This document shows positions 1 to 8,864 of a stretch of 64,000 bases of DNA, in pieces. The notes under the pieces were generated by a model. That model had not been told where the DNA came from and searched no databases. It was given only the letters and a program-made list of their open reading frames with translations. The DNA comes from Gemmatimonadota bacterium. Lineage in GTDB: Bacteria; Gemmatimonadota; Gemmatimonadetes; Palauibacterales; Palauibacteraceae. Within the stretch, counting starts at the first letter, position 1. Each line of letters opens with the position of its first letter. Location of the stretch: NCBI GenBank assembly GCA_039584255.1, contig JBDGYE010000001.1:4228-68227 (forward strand), written 5' to 3'. A program made the translations under genes and the position numbers.

Positions 1-570
1 TTCGAGACCGTGGAGCCAGCGGTGGCCGAGGTCGCCGACCGCTTCGGACTCGACGCCCTGGTGCTCCCGATCCGCTCGGTGGGCGTGAAGGCCGACCTGC
101 GGGCCTACGAGCATCCGGTGCTTCTGAGCGGTAGCGCGAGCTGGGACGTGCTGCTGAAGGCCGCCTCCGTTCTCACCGCCGACGTACCGGGGATCAACCG
201 CTGCATCTGGAATCTCGGGGACGGGTCGCCCGGCGAGGCGATTCCACTGCGCGCTGTGGTCACCCGCGAGCGCCTGGATGTGCTGCGGGACGCGGACCAC
301 ATCGTCATGGAGGGCCTGCGCCACCACGGCCTGTACGACAGTGTGTGGCAGTGTCCGACGGTCCTGGTTCCCCTGGACCTCGACGCCAGAGGCGGCGAGC
401 TCGTGGTCGTGCGACCGGTGCTCTCGAAGCGGGCCATGACGGCCGCCCCCGCCGAGCTGCCCCCGGGGCTCATCTCCGAGCTGCGCAGCGGGATCCTTGG
501 ATTGGCCGGTGTTTCGGGCCTCGCCCTCGACATCACCTCCAAGCCGCCCGGCACCATCGAGTGGGAATGA
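1..570 (+). CDS. guaA: GMP synthase (glutamine-hydrolysing), C-terminal fragment; the 5' end lies outside the window
   Basis: Frame 1 is open from base 1. The translation ...IRSVGVKADLRAYEHPVLL...SKPPGTIEWE* matches the C-terminal dimerisation domain and terminal IEWE signature of GuaA. GC3 is high. Confidence 0.8.
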   Translation, partial: FETVEPAVAEVADRFGLDALVLPIRSVGVKADLRAYEHPVLLSGSASWDVLLKAASVLTADVPGINRCIWNLGDGSPGEAIPLRAVVTRERLDVLRDADHIVMEGLRHHGLYDSVWQCPTVLVPLDLDARGGELVVVRPVLSKRAMTAAPAELPPGLISELRSGILGLAGVSGLALDITSKPPGTIEWE

Positions 571-1304
571 TCCAGGTCCGCAAAGCCGTCGCCGTGCTCG
601 CGCTGGCGGCGCTCGGTGTCCTGATTCTGAGGCTGGATCCCAGGGATCCGGGCGGCAGCCTCGACCGGACGGGGGCGGCGGTGTGGGTCCTCCTGGCTCC
701 GCTTCTGATCACCATGGCGGGTCTGCTTCGGGAAAGGTACTGGAGCCGTTGGCTGGCCCTCGCCGCCGGGATCGCCGTCCTGCCGTGGGCGTTCGTACTC
801 GTGGTCGCCCCCGGCTTCGGAATGGACATGTGCCCGCAGCAGATGGCCCTTGGCGCCTCCGCTCTGCTGCTCCTCAGCCTCGTGGGCCGGACGATGTTCG
901 AGCGCTACGAAGGTCGCGCGGACCAGGCCGACTGGGCCGGGAGACGGATGACCCTCGTCCGGTGGACCATCATCTGCAACGTGGCATCGGTGCTGGCTCT
1001 GTATCTCTTCGTCGCCGCCTACGACTACCGTGCCGAGTGGCACCTGCTGGTTCCGGCCCTGCTCCTGGTCGTGCTCCTGCTCGGCCTCCTGATGCTGGCA
1101 CACCAGAGGACAGCCGGGATCCTGCTGGTGGCATTGTGCTGTGTCCTGCTCCTTCCCGCCGGAGCCTACTTTGTGGCCACGGAGGCGCGAACGAGTGGGG
1201 AGGGTATTCTCTTCGCCGCGATATTCCTTCCCGGAATCCTCACCGGCTGGGCCACCCTGCTGGTGTTCGGGAAGCCGATGCTGCGCTACCTGAGATCAGG
1301 TTGA
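567..1304 (+). CDS. Polytopic membrane protein, function unknown
   Basis: The ATG at 567 overlaps the guaA stop (ATGA). The translation MIQVRKAVAVLALAALGVLIL... contains about 7 hydrophobic helices. The upstream part of ORF 345..1304 overlaps guaA and is R/P-rich noise. Confidence 0.6.
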   Translation: MIQVRKAVAVLALAALGVLILRLDPRDPGGSLDRTGAAVWVLLAPLLITMAGLLRERYWSRWLALAAGIAVLPWAFVLVVAPGFGMDMCPQQMALGASALLLLSLVGRTMFERYEGRADQADWAGRRMTLVRWTIICNVASVLALYLFVAAYDYRAEWHLLVPALLLVVLLLGLLMLAHQRTAGILLVALCCVLLLPAGAYFVATEARTSGEGILFAAIFLPGILTGWATLLVFGKPMLRYLRSG

Positions 1305-1873
1305 CGGGCTTGAAACGAGGCTGGCCCAGAACGGCGGTCGCGGTCTTGGTCGCTCTCGCGCTCCTTACCGTCCTGCGGTACCTGATGGAGCGCGGACCAA
1401 CGCCCGTGGACGAGCCGGAGCGCCCGGACCTCGTGCCCTGGGACCTCACGGGATGCTGGGATCTGGAGGTCGGCCCCTGGCAGCCGGAAGGCGCCGGGGC
1501 ACCCAAGTCGGCCTCGCCGGCCGGCGCCGCGTTCGTGGTTCCGCCGACGCGTGTGATGCTCGTCGCCGATTCCATCGACCCTTCGGGGAGGGCATCCACT
1601 ACGTACCGCGCCGTTCCCATGGCGGGGGACCACGACGATCGGCTGCGTGACTATCTGAGGTGGCTCGTGCGCGCCGACACCCTGTGGCTACTCTGGTCGG
1701 ACCGGAGCTCCGGGGCCGGGATCGCCCTCCTGTCTCACGCCGACAGCCTCGTGGGCCGGGCGCGATCGTTCGGCGACGGTGGTGCGCTGGATGCGACGGC
1801 CAGGGCCGTCGCCTGGAAGATCAACTGCTCGTCGCTGTACCTGGATCGAAGGCGGACGGGTCCGCGCCGCTGA
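1301..1873 (+). CDS. Hypothetical protein with an N-terminal hydrophobic anchor
   Basis: This is the 3' part of ORF 497..1873. A TTG at 1301 overlaps the preceding stop (TTGA), and TTG 1310 is an alternative start. The translation LKRGWPRTAVAVLVALALLTVL... has a signal/anchor followed by a soluble domain. No family was recognised. Confidence 0.4.
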   Translation: MTGLKRGWPRTAVAVLVALALLTVLRYLMERGPTPVDEPERPDLVPWDLTGCWDLEVGPWQPEGAGAPKSASPAGAAFVVPPTRVMLVADSIDPSGRASTTYRAVPMAGDHDDRLRDYLRWLVRADTLWLLWSDRSSGAGIALLSHADSLVGRARSFGDGGALDATARAVAWKINCSSLYLDRRRTGPRR

Positions 1874-1966
1874 TCGCTAGGCGGGCAGTTCGCTCTCCGG
1901 GTGGTCGGGGTCGGGCCGGTACGGATGCGTACAAAGCCTAGGACAAACTAACGGGAGGCCCTGCCC

Positions 1967-2431
1967 ATGACAGACGCCGCCGGCCTGCTACTCTTCCGCC
2001 GGAGAGATGCGGATCTCGAAGTCTTTCTCGCACACCCGGGCGGTCCGTTCTGGGCCAATCGGGACGAAGGCGCCTGGACGATCCCCAAGGGCCTGGTGGA
2101 CGAGGGCGAGGATCCCTGCGGGGCAGCCCTGCGTGAGTTCGAGGAGGAGACCGGGATTCGTCCCGGCGGGGAGCTTCGCGCGCTGGGCAGCATCCGCCAG
2201 AAGTCCGGCAAAGTCGTTCACGCGTGGGCCTTCGAGGGAGAGGCGGATCCCGAGCGAATCACCAGCAACCTCGTCGAAATGGAGTGGCCTCGGGGGTCGG
2301 GCCGGCGGATCCGCTTCCCCGAAGTGGACAGGTGCTCCTGGTTCGACCCGGACACCGCGCGCCGGAAGATGAACCCCGCCCAGGCCGAGCTGGTAGACCG
2401 TCTCGAGGCGCTGCTCTCGGAACGGGCCTGA
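1967..2431 (+). CDS. NUDIX family hydrolase
   Basis: Nudix-box-like segment GLVDEGEDPCGAALREFEEETGI (GX5EX7REUXEEXGU pattern). GGGAGG RBS upstream. 154 aa. Confidence 0.85.
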   Translation: MTDAAGLLLFRRRDADLEVFLAHPGGPFWANRDEGAWTIPKGLVDEGEDPCGAALREFEEETGIRPGGELRALGSIRQKSGKVVHAWAFEGEADPERITSNLVEMEWPRGSGRRIRFPEVDRCSWFDPDTARRKMNPAQAELVDRLEALLSERA

Positions 2432-2441
2432 CGCGAACCCG

Positions 2442-2720
2442 TCACTCGCCGCCGCGACCCTCCCAGCCGTCGGCCACCCAGTCGGCGACGGCCTGGATAC
2501 TCGAGAGCACCTTGTCTCCGGCCCACTCGAAGGCGTTGCCTACGAGGGTCTGATCGAGGATGCCGGCCCAGGTGGCCACGAAGATCACCAGGATCACGAC
2601 CAGCGCCGGCTTGAAGATCACCTTCACCGCTTCCCTGATCACCACGAACGCGATGATCGCCAGGAGGAGGAAGAAGACGATCGCTCCAACCAGAGACGAG
2701 GGAATCGTCACGCCATCCAC
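2442..2720 (-). CDS. Small membrane protein (two predicted TM helices), unknown function
   Basis: 92-aa ORF with hydrophobic stretches LVGAIVFFLLLAIIAFVVI and ALVVILVIFVATWAGIL. Codon bias is coding-like. Confidence 0.5.
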   Translation of the reverse strand: MDGVTIPSSLVGAIVFFLLLAIIAFVVIREAVKVIFKPALVVILVIFVATWAGILDQTLVGNAFEWAGDKVLSSIQAVADWVADGWEGRGGE

Positions 2721-2833
2721 AACTCAGGGCCTCCGAGAGTGTCGGTTCTCTCTTCGTCTCGGTACTGTAAACTAGGACGGTCACACGCCACACGGAGTTT
2801 CGCAATGAGACTGCTCCTGAGGCCGAAGGACGG

Positions 2834-3313
2834 GTGAGACGACACTACAGGGCCCCATGGAGCTCGAAGCTCGCGGTGACGACGGCGGCGGTCCTGGCGG
2901 TCGCCGCGCTCGTGGTCTTCACCGCAGGGACCCTTCCGTCGCTGATAGTGGTCGGCATCGTAGTGCTCGCCGCCGCCTTCGGCGTTCGCGGCTATACCGT
3001 TGCCGATGGCAGCCTCATGGTGCACCGCCTCGGCTGGGCCACCAGAATCCCGCTGGCAGGGCTCGAGAGCGTGGAGGCTGAGTCGGGGGCGACCATCGGC
3101 TCGGCCCGGGTGTTCGGGATCGGAGGCGTGTTCGCCTTCGTCGGCCGGTACCGCAACGACATCCTGGGCACCTACCGGGCCTATGCCACCGACGGAATGC
3201 TGGCCGTCGTGCTGTACTTCGGCGACGAGAAGATCGTCGTGACGCCGGACGCGCCCCTCACCTTCGCGGATGCGGTGCGTGTGGAAGCCGGGCTCGAGCC
3301 CGAACCGGACTAA
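2834..3313 (+). CDS. Membrane protein with two N-terminal TM helices and a bacterial PH-like C-terminal domain (tentative)
   Basis: GTG start. A TM hairpin (LAVTTAAVLAVAALVVF / LIVVGIVVLAAAF) is followed by a ~100-aa beta-rich domain. The architecture resembles bacterial PH (bPH) membrane proteins. Confidence 0.55.
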   Translation: MRRHYRAPWSSKLAVTTAAVLAVAALVVFTAGTLPSLIVVGIVVLAAAFGVRGYTVADGSLMVHRLGWATRIPLAGLESVEAESGATIGSARVFGIGGVFAFVGRYRNDILGTYRAYATDGMLAVVLYFGDEKIVVTPDAPLTFADAVRVEAGLEPEPD

Positions 3314-3315
3314 CC

Positions 3316-3948
3316 ATGCTTTCGATGCGAGCGCTGATCTCCTTTGTCCTGTTGGGCGTCTCCGCCACCGGGATCTTCGGACAGGAAGCCGCCCCGCCGG
3401 CGGATCCGGGAAGTCAGGAAGCGGCTGTCACGCCGAGCGCTGAAGCCAGCCGGGCCCTGGTGATGCGATTCTACGAGGAGGCGTGGCAGCGGGGCGACTT
3501 CGAGATCGCCGACCAGCTCTTCGCCCCCGACTACGTCTACCACGGCGAGGGGGAGCCCGTAAGCCCGGGTCCGAGCCACGGCGATATCATCCGCCGTGCA
3601 CACGAGGCGCTCGAGAACCTCGAGGTGGCGGTAGACCACATCCTGGTCGAGGGCGATCTGGTAGCCGTGAGGTCCCGGCTCCGGTTCTCACCACACGGCC
3701 TGGCCCTGCTCGTGTGGCGGCTCGCCGGGAACGATCTTCCGATCAACGTGAACGCCGCGAGCGTCTTCCGGGTCGAGAACGGCAGGATCACGGAGATGTG
3801 GACCACCTCGGACGGCGTCACCCGGTGCGTCGAGACAGGTATCGTTCAGGTGTACGCCATCGGAGGCCTGCTCTCCGGGCTGTTGCTGGCTTTGCTAGGG
3901 CTGTGGGTCGTGAGGCGCATCCGGCGGCCCTGGATACCGACAGGCTGA
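3316..3948 (+). CDS. SnoaL-like / predicted ester cyclase fold protein with a signal peptide and a C-terminal TM anchor
   Basis: The motif region ALVMRFYEEAWQRGDFEIADQLFAPDYVYHG ... VFRVENGRITEMW is typical of the SnoaL/ester-cyclase family. N-terminal signal peptide. C-terminal helix GGLLSGLLLALLGLWVV. Confidence 0.7.
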   Translation: MLSMRALISFVLLGVSATGIFGQEAAPPADPGSQEAAVTPSAEASRALVMRFYEEAWQRGDFEIADQLFAPDYVYHGEGEPVSPGPSHGDIIRRAHEALENLEVAVDHILVEGDLVAVRSRLRFSPHGLALLVWRLAGNDLPINVNAASVFRVENGRITEMWTTSDGVTRCVETGIVQVYAIGGLLSGLLLALLGLWVVRRIRRPWIPTG

Positions 3949-3969
3949 TCGGCCCGCCGAGGTCGTCTC

Positions 3970-6900
3970 TCAGCCCTTCTTCTCGCACCACTCGCGGGCG
4001 TTCTGGAACATCCGGATCCATGGCGAGAAGGGAAGCGCGCCCCGGGCCGCGGTCCGCCTGGCGTCCTCCCGCAATCCGTCCGGCGCCCACCCCCATTGCC
4101 AGGCCAGGAAGCTGCGCTCCGGGTGCGGCATGATGGCCAGGTGACGTCCGTCGGGCGAGCAGAGGGCAGCGATCCCACGAGCGGATCCGTTGGGGTTGAA
4201 GGGATAGCGCTCAGTTGGCTGCCCTTCTTCGTCCACGAAGCGGACGGGCGCGAGGCCCTCGGCTTCCACCCGCTCCAGGATCGACGCGTCCGGGAAGAAA
4301 GCCTTGCCCTCGCCGTGAGCCACCCAGATACAGAGGGTCGCCCCCGCCATCTCCCTCAGCATGATCGCCGGGCTCTCCTCGATCCGGACCGAAGCGAAGC
4401 GCGACTCGAACCGCCCGGAGGCGTTTCGGACGAAGCGAGGCTGGGTTCGGTCGGAGATGCCGCGCCAGGGCACCCAGCCCAGCAAGGCCTCGAGCTGACA
4501 CCCGTTGCAGACCCCGAGACTGAAGGTGTCCGGGCGGGAGGCGAAGTCGCTGAACTGCCGCTCCAGCTCCTCGTGGAAGCGGATCACCGCAGCCCAGCCC
4601 TTGGCGGAGTCCAGGACGTCGGCGTAGGAGAAGCCGCCCACGAAGGCCACTCCCCGGAACGGATCGAGCGTGACCCGGCCGGCCAGCAGATCCGACATCG
4701 CGACGTCCCACGGCTCGAACCCGGCGGCGAAGAAGGCCGAGGCCATCTCGCGGTCGGAGTTGCTGCCCTCTTCCCGGATGACGGCCACCCGCGGCCGGGT
4801 AGCGCGAGCGAGGATCAGGGGCGCCGTCGGACCGTAGTCGAAGGGAACGTGAAGACGCGGAGCCGTGCGGTGGCGCAGTCCCGCCCGTTCCTCGTCGACG
4901 CAGTCCGGGTTCGCCTGGAGACGGTCGAGCTGGAAGCTCGTCTCTTCCCAAACGTCCCTCAGATCCCGCAGGTCGGCTTGCAGCACGTGAGTTCCGCCGC
5001 TCAGGATCGACACGGCGGTGTCGGGGGTCGTGCTGCCAATGATGGCGCAAGGAACGTCGGCACGCCCGAACCGCTCCAGTACATCACGCTCGCGGTCAGC
5101 CGCGACCTCCAGCACCAGGCCCAGCTCCTCCGCGAACAGCTGGGCGATCGGGCCCTGCGGTATGGCCGGGAGCTGCACCTCGATCCCGTGCCCTCCGGCA
5201 AAGGCCATCTCGAGGAGCGTCGTCACCAGACCTCCATCGCTCCGGTCGTGGCCCGCGGCCACGAGGTCTTCGTCGATGAGCCCCTGGGTGACGGCGAAGG
5301 CGCGCTTCAACAGCGCCGGGTCGTCCAGGTCGGGCGAGTCGTCTCCCACCTGCCCGTAGACATGGGCGAGGGCGGATCCTCCGAGTCGGTGCCGGCCGCC
5401 CCCGAGATCGACGTACAGGAGGCGTCCCGAGCCCGGGAGCTCGAGGTCGGGCGTCACCGTCTTCGTGATGTCGGGGCAGGTCACGTACGCCGAGATCACC
5501 AGCGAGCCCGGCGCCTTGACCGTTTCGTCCTGTGCGCCGCGCGGCCCGGGCGCGATGGCCGCCATGGACAGGCTGTCCTTGCCCCCGTCGATGGCGATGC
5601 CCAGATCCAGCAGTACCTCCGCCAGCGCCGCCGCCGCGTCCGCCAGCTCCGCACCTTCGCCCGGGAGCTTCGCGGCCCACATCCAGTTTCCCGAGCACTT
5701 CACGTCTTCCAGCGCGCTGACCCGGGCCCAGACCAGGTTGGTGAGCGCCTCCCCGACGGTCATTCGTGCCATCGCCGCCGGATCGAGCAGACCCTTGATG
5801 GGCTGCTCTCCGATGGCCGTGGCTCCACCGGTGACCGAGAAGTGGCTCTGGGCGATGACCGCCACGTCGGCCACCGTGAGCTGGAATGGTCCGGCGCATT
5901 GCTGCCGGGCCACGAGGCCCGTGACGCTCCGGTCCACCTTGGTGGTGAGGAAGCGCTTCGATCCCACCGACAGAAGTCGCAGCACCCTGTCGAGCGCATC
6001 CCGAACGGTCAGGCTGGCGGGCAGCTCGAGGGGCTCGGGTGCGGAGCGGATCCGCTCGAGCTCGAAGGTCTTCTGGGGCATGTCGCCGAGCACGGCGTCC
6101 AGATCCAGGTTCACCGGCGTGCTGTCATCGCGCTCGTCATGAAGAACGATCCGTCCGTCGCCCGTCACGCGGCCCACGAACGCCACCGGCACCTTCTCTC
6201 GCTCGGCGAGTGATCGAAACAGCCCCTCCTGCCCGGGCCGAAGCAGAAGGGCGTCGTTCTCCTGGTACTCGGCACCCCAGATCTCCAGAACGGAGAGCGT
6301 GTCGTCCCCAAGCGGGATCGCCCGGGCCTGGATCCTCGCGCCCGCGGGCTCGACGATCTCCTTCAGGACGTTGCAGTTCCCTCCGGCTCCCTGGTCGTGG
6401 ATGCTGACGACCGGATTGTCGTCGCCGAGCTCGACGCAGGCCCGGAGCACCCGGTTCACCTTCTGCTCCATCTCGGCGTCGCCGCGCTGGACGGCGTTGA
6501 AGTCCAGCTCCGCCACGTTCTCGCCCTGAACCATGCTCGAGGCCGCGCCGCCCCCCATCCCGATCCGGTAGGCGGGTCCTCCGATCTTCACGACCCACAT
6601 CCCCGGCTCCGGGGAGTGCTTCGCCGTGTGCCGGGCGTCGATCTGCCCGATCCCGCCGCTGAACATGATCGGCTTGATCCACTCCCGGCGCTCCCCGCCG
6701 GGGAGGCGGAGGCCGAACGAGCGCGTGTACCCCTGGATCACAGGCTCGCCGAACTTGTTTCCGTAGTCGGAGGCACCGTTGCTGGCCTCGATCTCGATCT
6801 CGAGGGGCGAGGCGAGGTTGTCGGGGTAGGCGAAGCCGCCGTTCTCCCAGGGCAGCTCATATCCCGGAACTCGGAGGTTGCCGACGCAGTAGGCGGCCGT

Positions 6901-7929
6901 CCCCGCGACGACCAGCGATCCCCGGCCGGCCGCGTGAACGTCCCGGATCCTGCCACCGGTGCCTGTCTCCGCACCGGGGAACGGCGCCACGCCGGAAGGG
7001 AAGTTGTGGGTTTCCGCGGTGAAGATGATGTGGTAGTCGGGCTCCGCGGCCACGAAGCGCCCGGGCTCTCCCGGCCGCTCGGGCAGGATCGTCCGGATCC
7101 GGTAGCCCCGGATGGCACTGGAGTTGTCCTTGAAGGCGATGACGCTGTTGCGAGGGCTGGCGTCCAGCGGCTCCCTGAGGAGCTGCATGAGGTGCTTCGG
7201 GCTCTCGATGCCGTCGATGATCAGCCGGCCCTTGAAGAACCAGTGCCGGGAGTGCTCGCTGTTGGACTGCGCGATGTCGAACAGCTCCACGTCGGTCGGG
7301 TCGCGGCCGATCTCGTCGCGGAACAGGCGCGTGTAGTACTCGAGGTCCCACTCGTCGAACGCCAGGCCCATCTCTCGGTTCACCCGCTCGAGCGCATCCC
7401 GGCCTTCCTCGAGCACCGGAACCGTCCCCACGGGAACCGGCTCGATTCCGGTCTCGAAGGTCCGGAGAGGCTCCGGATACTCGCACTCGGTCATCCGGTC
7501 GTGGACCTCGGCCAGAATGACCCCGACCTGCTCGTCCGTCATCGGCTCCGGCGTACGGAGCAGGTAGCGGCGCGAGCGCTCGATGCGCCGGATCTTGTCC
7601 AGCCCGCAGGCATGACAAACCGAGACGGCGTTGGTGGACCAGGCCGTCGTGAAGCTCATTCGCGGCCCGACCTCGAGCAGCGTGCTCCCTCCGTCCTCCT
7701 GGCGCAGGAAGCTCGCGCTGCCGAAGCTCTCGGGCTCGAAGGTCTCGGCGAGCAGCCAGGTGAGGATCCGCAGCTCGTCCTTTGTCAGGTCGCCGCGGGC
7801 CTCGACGTTGAAGCAGAACTCGGTGTCGATGGCTGCCACGGAAAGCTCGCGCTCGCCGATCCTCCAACGAAGGGCGCCCACCGCCGCCTCGGTCAGGGCG
7901 GGCGAGCGATAGAAGTGCAGGAGATCCAT
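3970..7929 (-). CDS. purL: Phosphoribosylformylglycinamidine (FGAM) synthase, single-chain large form
   Basis: The 1319-aa translation starts MDLLHFYRSPALTE.... It has the AIR-synthase-like repeats and a C-terminal glutamine amidotransferase domain (GVCNGCQ, HGEG, MPHPER). The ATG at 7929 was verified (cat at 7927..7929). Confidence 0.95.
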   Translation of the reverse strand: MDLLHFYRSPALTEAAVGALRWRIGERELSVAAIDTEFCFNVEARGDLTKDELRILTWLLAETFEPESFGSASFLRQEDGGSTLLEVGPRMSFTTAWSTNAVSVCHACGLDKIRRIERSRRYLLRTPEPMTDEQVGVILAEVHDRMTECEYPEPLRTFETGIEPVPVGTVPVLEEGRDALERVNREMGLAFDEWDLEYYTRLFRDEIGRDPTDVELFDIAQSNSEHSRHWFFKGRLIIDGIESPKHLMQLLREPLDASPRNSVIAFKDNSSAIRGYRIRTILPERPGEPGRFVAAEPDYHIIFTAETHNFPSGVAPFPGAETGTGGRIRDVHAAGRGSLVVAGTAAYCVGNLRVPGYELPWENGGFAYPDNLASPLEIEIEASNGASDYGNKFGEPVIQGYTRSFGLRLPGGERREWIKPIMFSGGIGQIDARHTAKHSPEPGMWVVKIGGPAYRIGMGGGAASSMVQGENVAELDFNAVQRGDAEMEQKVNRVLRACVELGDDNPVVSIHDQGAGGNCNVLKEIVEPAGARIQARAIPLGDDTLSVLEIWGAEYQENDALLLRPGQEGLFRSLAEREKVPVAFVGRVTGDGRIVLHDERDDSTPVNLDLDAVLGDMPQKTFELERIRSAPEPLELPASLTVRDALDRVLRLLSVGSKRFLTTKVDRSVTGLVARQQCAGPFQLTVADVAVIAQSHFSVTGGATAIGEQPIKGLLDPAAMARMTVGEALTNLVWARVSALEDVKCSGNWMWAAKLPGEGAELADAAAALAEVLLDLGIAIDGGKDSLSMAAIAPGPRGAQDETVKAPGSLVISAYVTCPDITKTVTPDLELPGSGRLLYVDLGGGRHRLGGSALAHVYGQVGDDSPDLDDPALLKRAFAVTQGLIDEDLVAAGHDRSDGGLVTTLLEMAFAGGHGIEVQLPAIPQGPIAQLFAEELGLVLEVAADRERDVLERFGRADVPCAIIGSTTPDTAVSILSGGTHVLQADLRDLRDVWEETSFQLDRLQANPDCVDEERAGLRHRTAPRLHVPFDYGPTAPLILARATRPRVAVIREEGSNSDREMASAFFAAGFEPWDVAMSDLLAGRVTLDPFRGVAFVGGFSYADVLDSAKGWAAVIRFHEELERQFSDFASRPDTFSLGVCNGCQLEALLGWVPWRGISDRTQPRFVRNASGRFESRFASVRIEESPAIMLREMAGATLCIWVAHGEGKAFFPDASILERVEAEGLAPVRFVDEEGQPTERYPFNPNGSARGIAALCSPDGRHLAIMPHPERSFLAWQWGWAPDGLREDARRTAARGALPFSPWIRMFQNAREWCEKKG

Positions 7930-8026
7930 CTGCGCCGGGAGTTCAGACTTCGGTTGCCGTCTGCGTGGGACGCGAGCTCTTGCAGGGGTCATAGGATGGA
8001 CCGGAGGATGCGTCAAGGAGAGCCTG

Positions 8027-8407
8027 TCAGCCCGGGAACCCCAGCCGGCGTGCCACCGCCGCCTGCCGTTCATCAGAGGTGATGAACGGCAGTTCCCGCG
8101 GGCTCTCCGCCAGGTACAGCGCGCAGGCCAGATGCCACAGGTCGGCTCCACGAAGATAGCCGGCCGACAGCACGGTAGTGATCTCCCGGCTGAGCGGTCG
8201 GTCCGGAAGCACCCATGTGATCGAGCCCAGCATCGGTTGGTCAGGTGCGACACCCTCCCGCAGGAAGGCGGTGAGAAGCTCAGCCTCCAGGAGATTAGAG
8301 GCCAGAAGGCAGTCGAAGCTCTCCAACCGACGGGCAAGAGCAGCGCCGCCCCGCTCTCCGAAAGCGATGGCCACCAGGCAGGAGCTGTCGACGTAGGCCG
8401 GCTTCAT
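8027..8407 (-). CDS. vapC: PIN-domain toxin (VapC family)
   Basis: The N-terminal MKPAYVDSSCLVAI carries the PIN acidic residue, followed by later D/E residues. 4-nt overlap with the upstream antitoxin gene. Confidence 0.85.
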   Translation of the reverse strand: MKPAYVDSSCLVAIAFGERGGAALARRLESFDCLLASNLLEAELLTAFLREGVAPDQPMLGSITWVLPDRPLSREITTVLSAGYLRGADLWHLACALYLAESPRELPFITSDERQAAVARRLGFPG

Positions 8408-8676
8408 TCGTCGCGCTCGGCCAGAAAGCGCTCCAGGGCTCCCGGGCGGCGCGCGATGCGCACAAAGGTGCCCCCGCCTGCTTCGCCTCCCTGCAGGATG
8501 CCCTCCTCCCGGAACCGCACGAAGCGTTGCTCGAGTGTCGCAGGCTCCGCGTCCACCGGGCGGATCTCTGCCACGGGCCTTCCTCTGTGTGTTACGGTGA
8601 TCGTTCTTCCCCGCCGCACGAGACGGATCACCTCACTGAACTTCGCCTTCGCCTCGTAGATCGAGTAGGTTGTCAT
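8404..8676 (-). CDS. Phd/YefM-family antitoxin
   Basis: MTTYSIYEAKAKFSEVIRLVRRGRTITVTHRGRPVAEIRP is the canonical Phd/YefM N-terminal fold sequence. The gene precedes and overlaps vapC. Confidence 0.85.
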   Translation of the reverse strand: MTTYSIYEAKAKFSEVIRLVRRGRTITVTHRGRPVAEIRPVDAEPATLEQRFVRFREEGILQGGEAGGGTFVRIARRPGALERFLAERDE

Positions 8677-8692
8677 GCTACAATCATCTATA

Positions 8693-8711
8693 CACTAGTC
8701 AGACTAGTCAA
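8693..8711. promoter_or_regulatory. Putative antitoxin operator: two ACTAGT palindromic hexamers 9 bp apart, inside an AT-richer promoter region
   Basis: The sequence cACTAGTCagACTAGTCa lies 17-35 bp upstream of the Phd/YefM start codon. On the minus strand it overlaps a TTGACT -35-like hexamer. Confidence 0.4.
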
Positions 8712-8864
8712 GTGGCACCGGCGGTGTTGTGGTGGCACGAGCGGCTGACCCCGCCTGACCCCGTGGCGTACGACCTGCCCGCGTCTAGTCAACGTCCGGC
8801 ACGGGCGCGCTGTTTTGCTGGATGTCTTGAAGTTCCTCACCCTGGAGGCGAAGGAGTGAAGGCA

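Noticed and set aside
4096-8082. Long plus-strand ORFs (4096..6213 at 705 aa, 6397..8082 at 561 aa) and several minus-strand alternatives inside the purL region.
   Set aside because: They lie antisense or out of frame to a gene with unambiguous FGAM synthase motifs. Their translations are R/G/P/A/H-rich low-complexity strings typical of shadow ORFs in GC-rich DNA. The same reasoning rejects 105..1103(-), 8688..9992(-), 18167..19900(+), 22071..23438(-), 24052..24885(-), 26019..27113(-), 29534..31216(+), 32717..35347(+), 41952..44318(-) and 56827..58308(-).
7930-8337. N-terminal 136-codon extension of the purL ORF (listed as 3970..8337).
   Set aside because: The extension overlaps the vapC gene and has no PurL similarity. 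The conserved N-terminus MDLLHFYRSPAL starts at the ATG at 7929.
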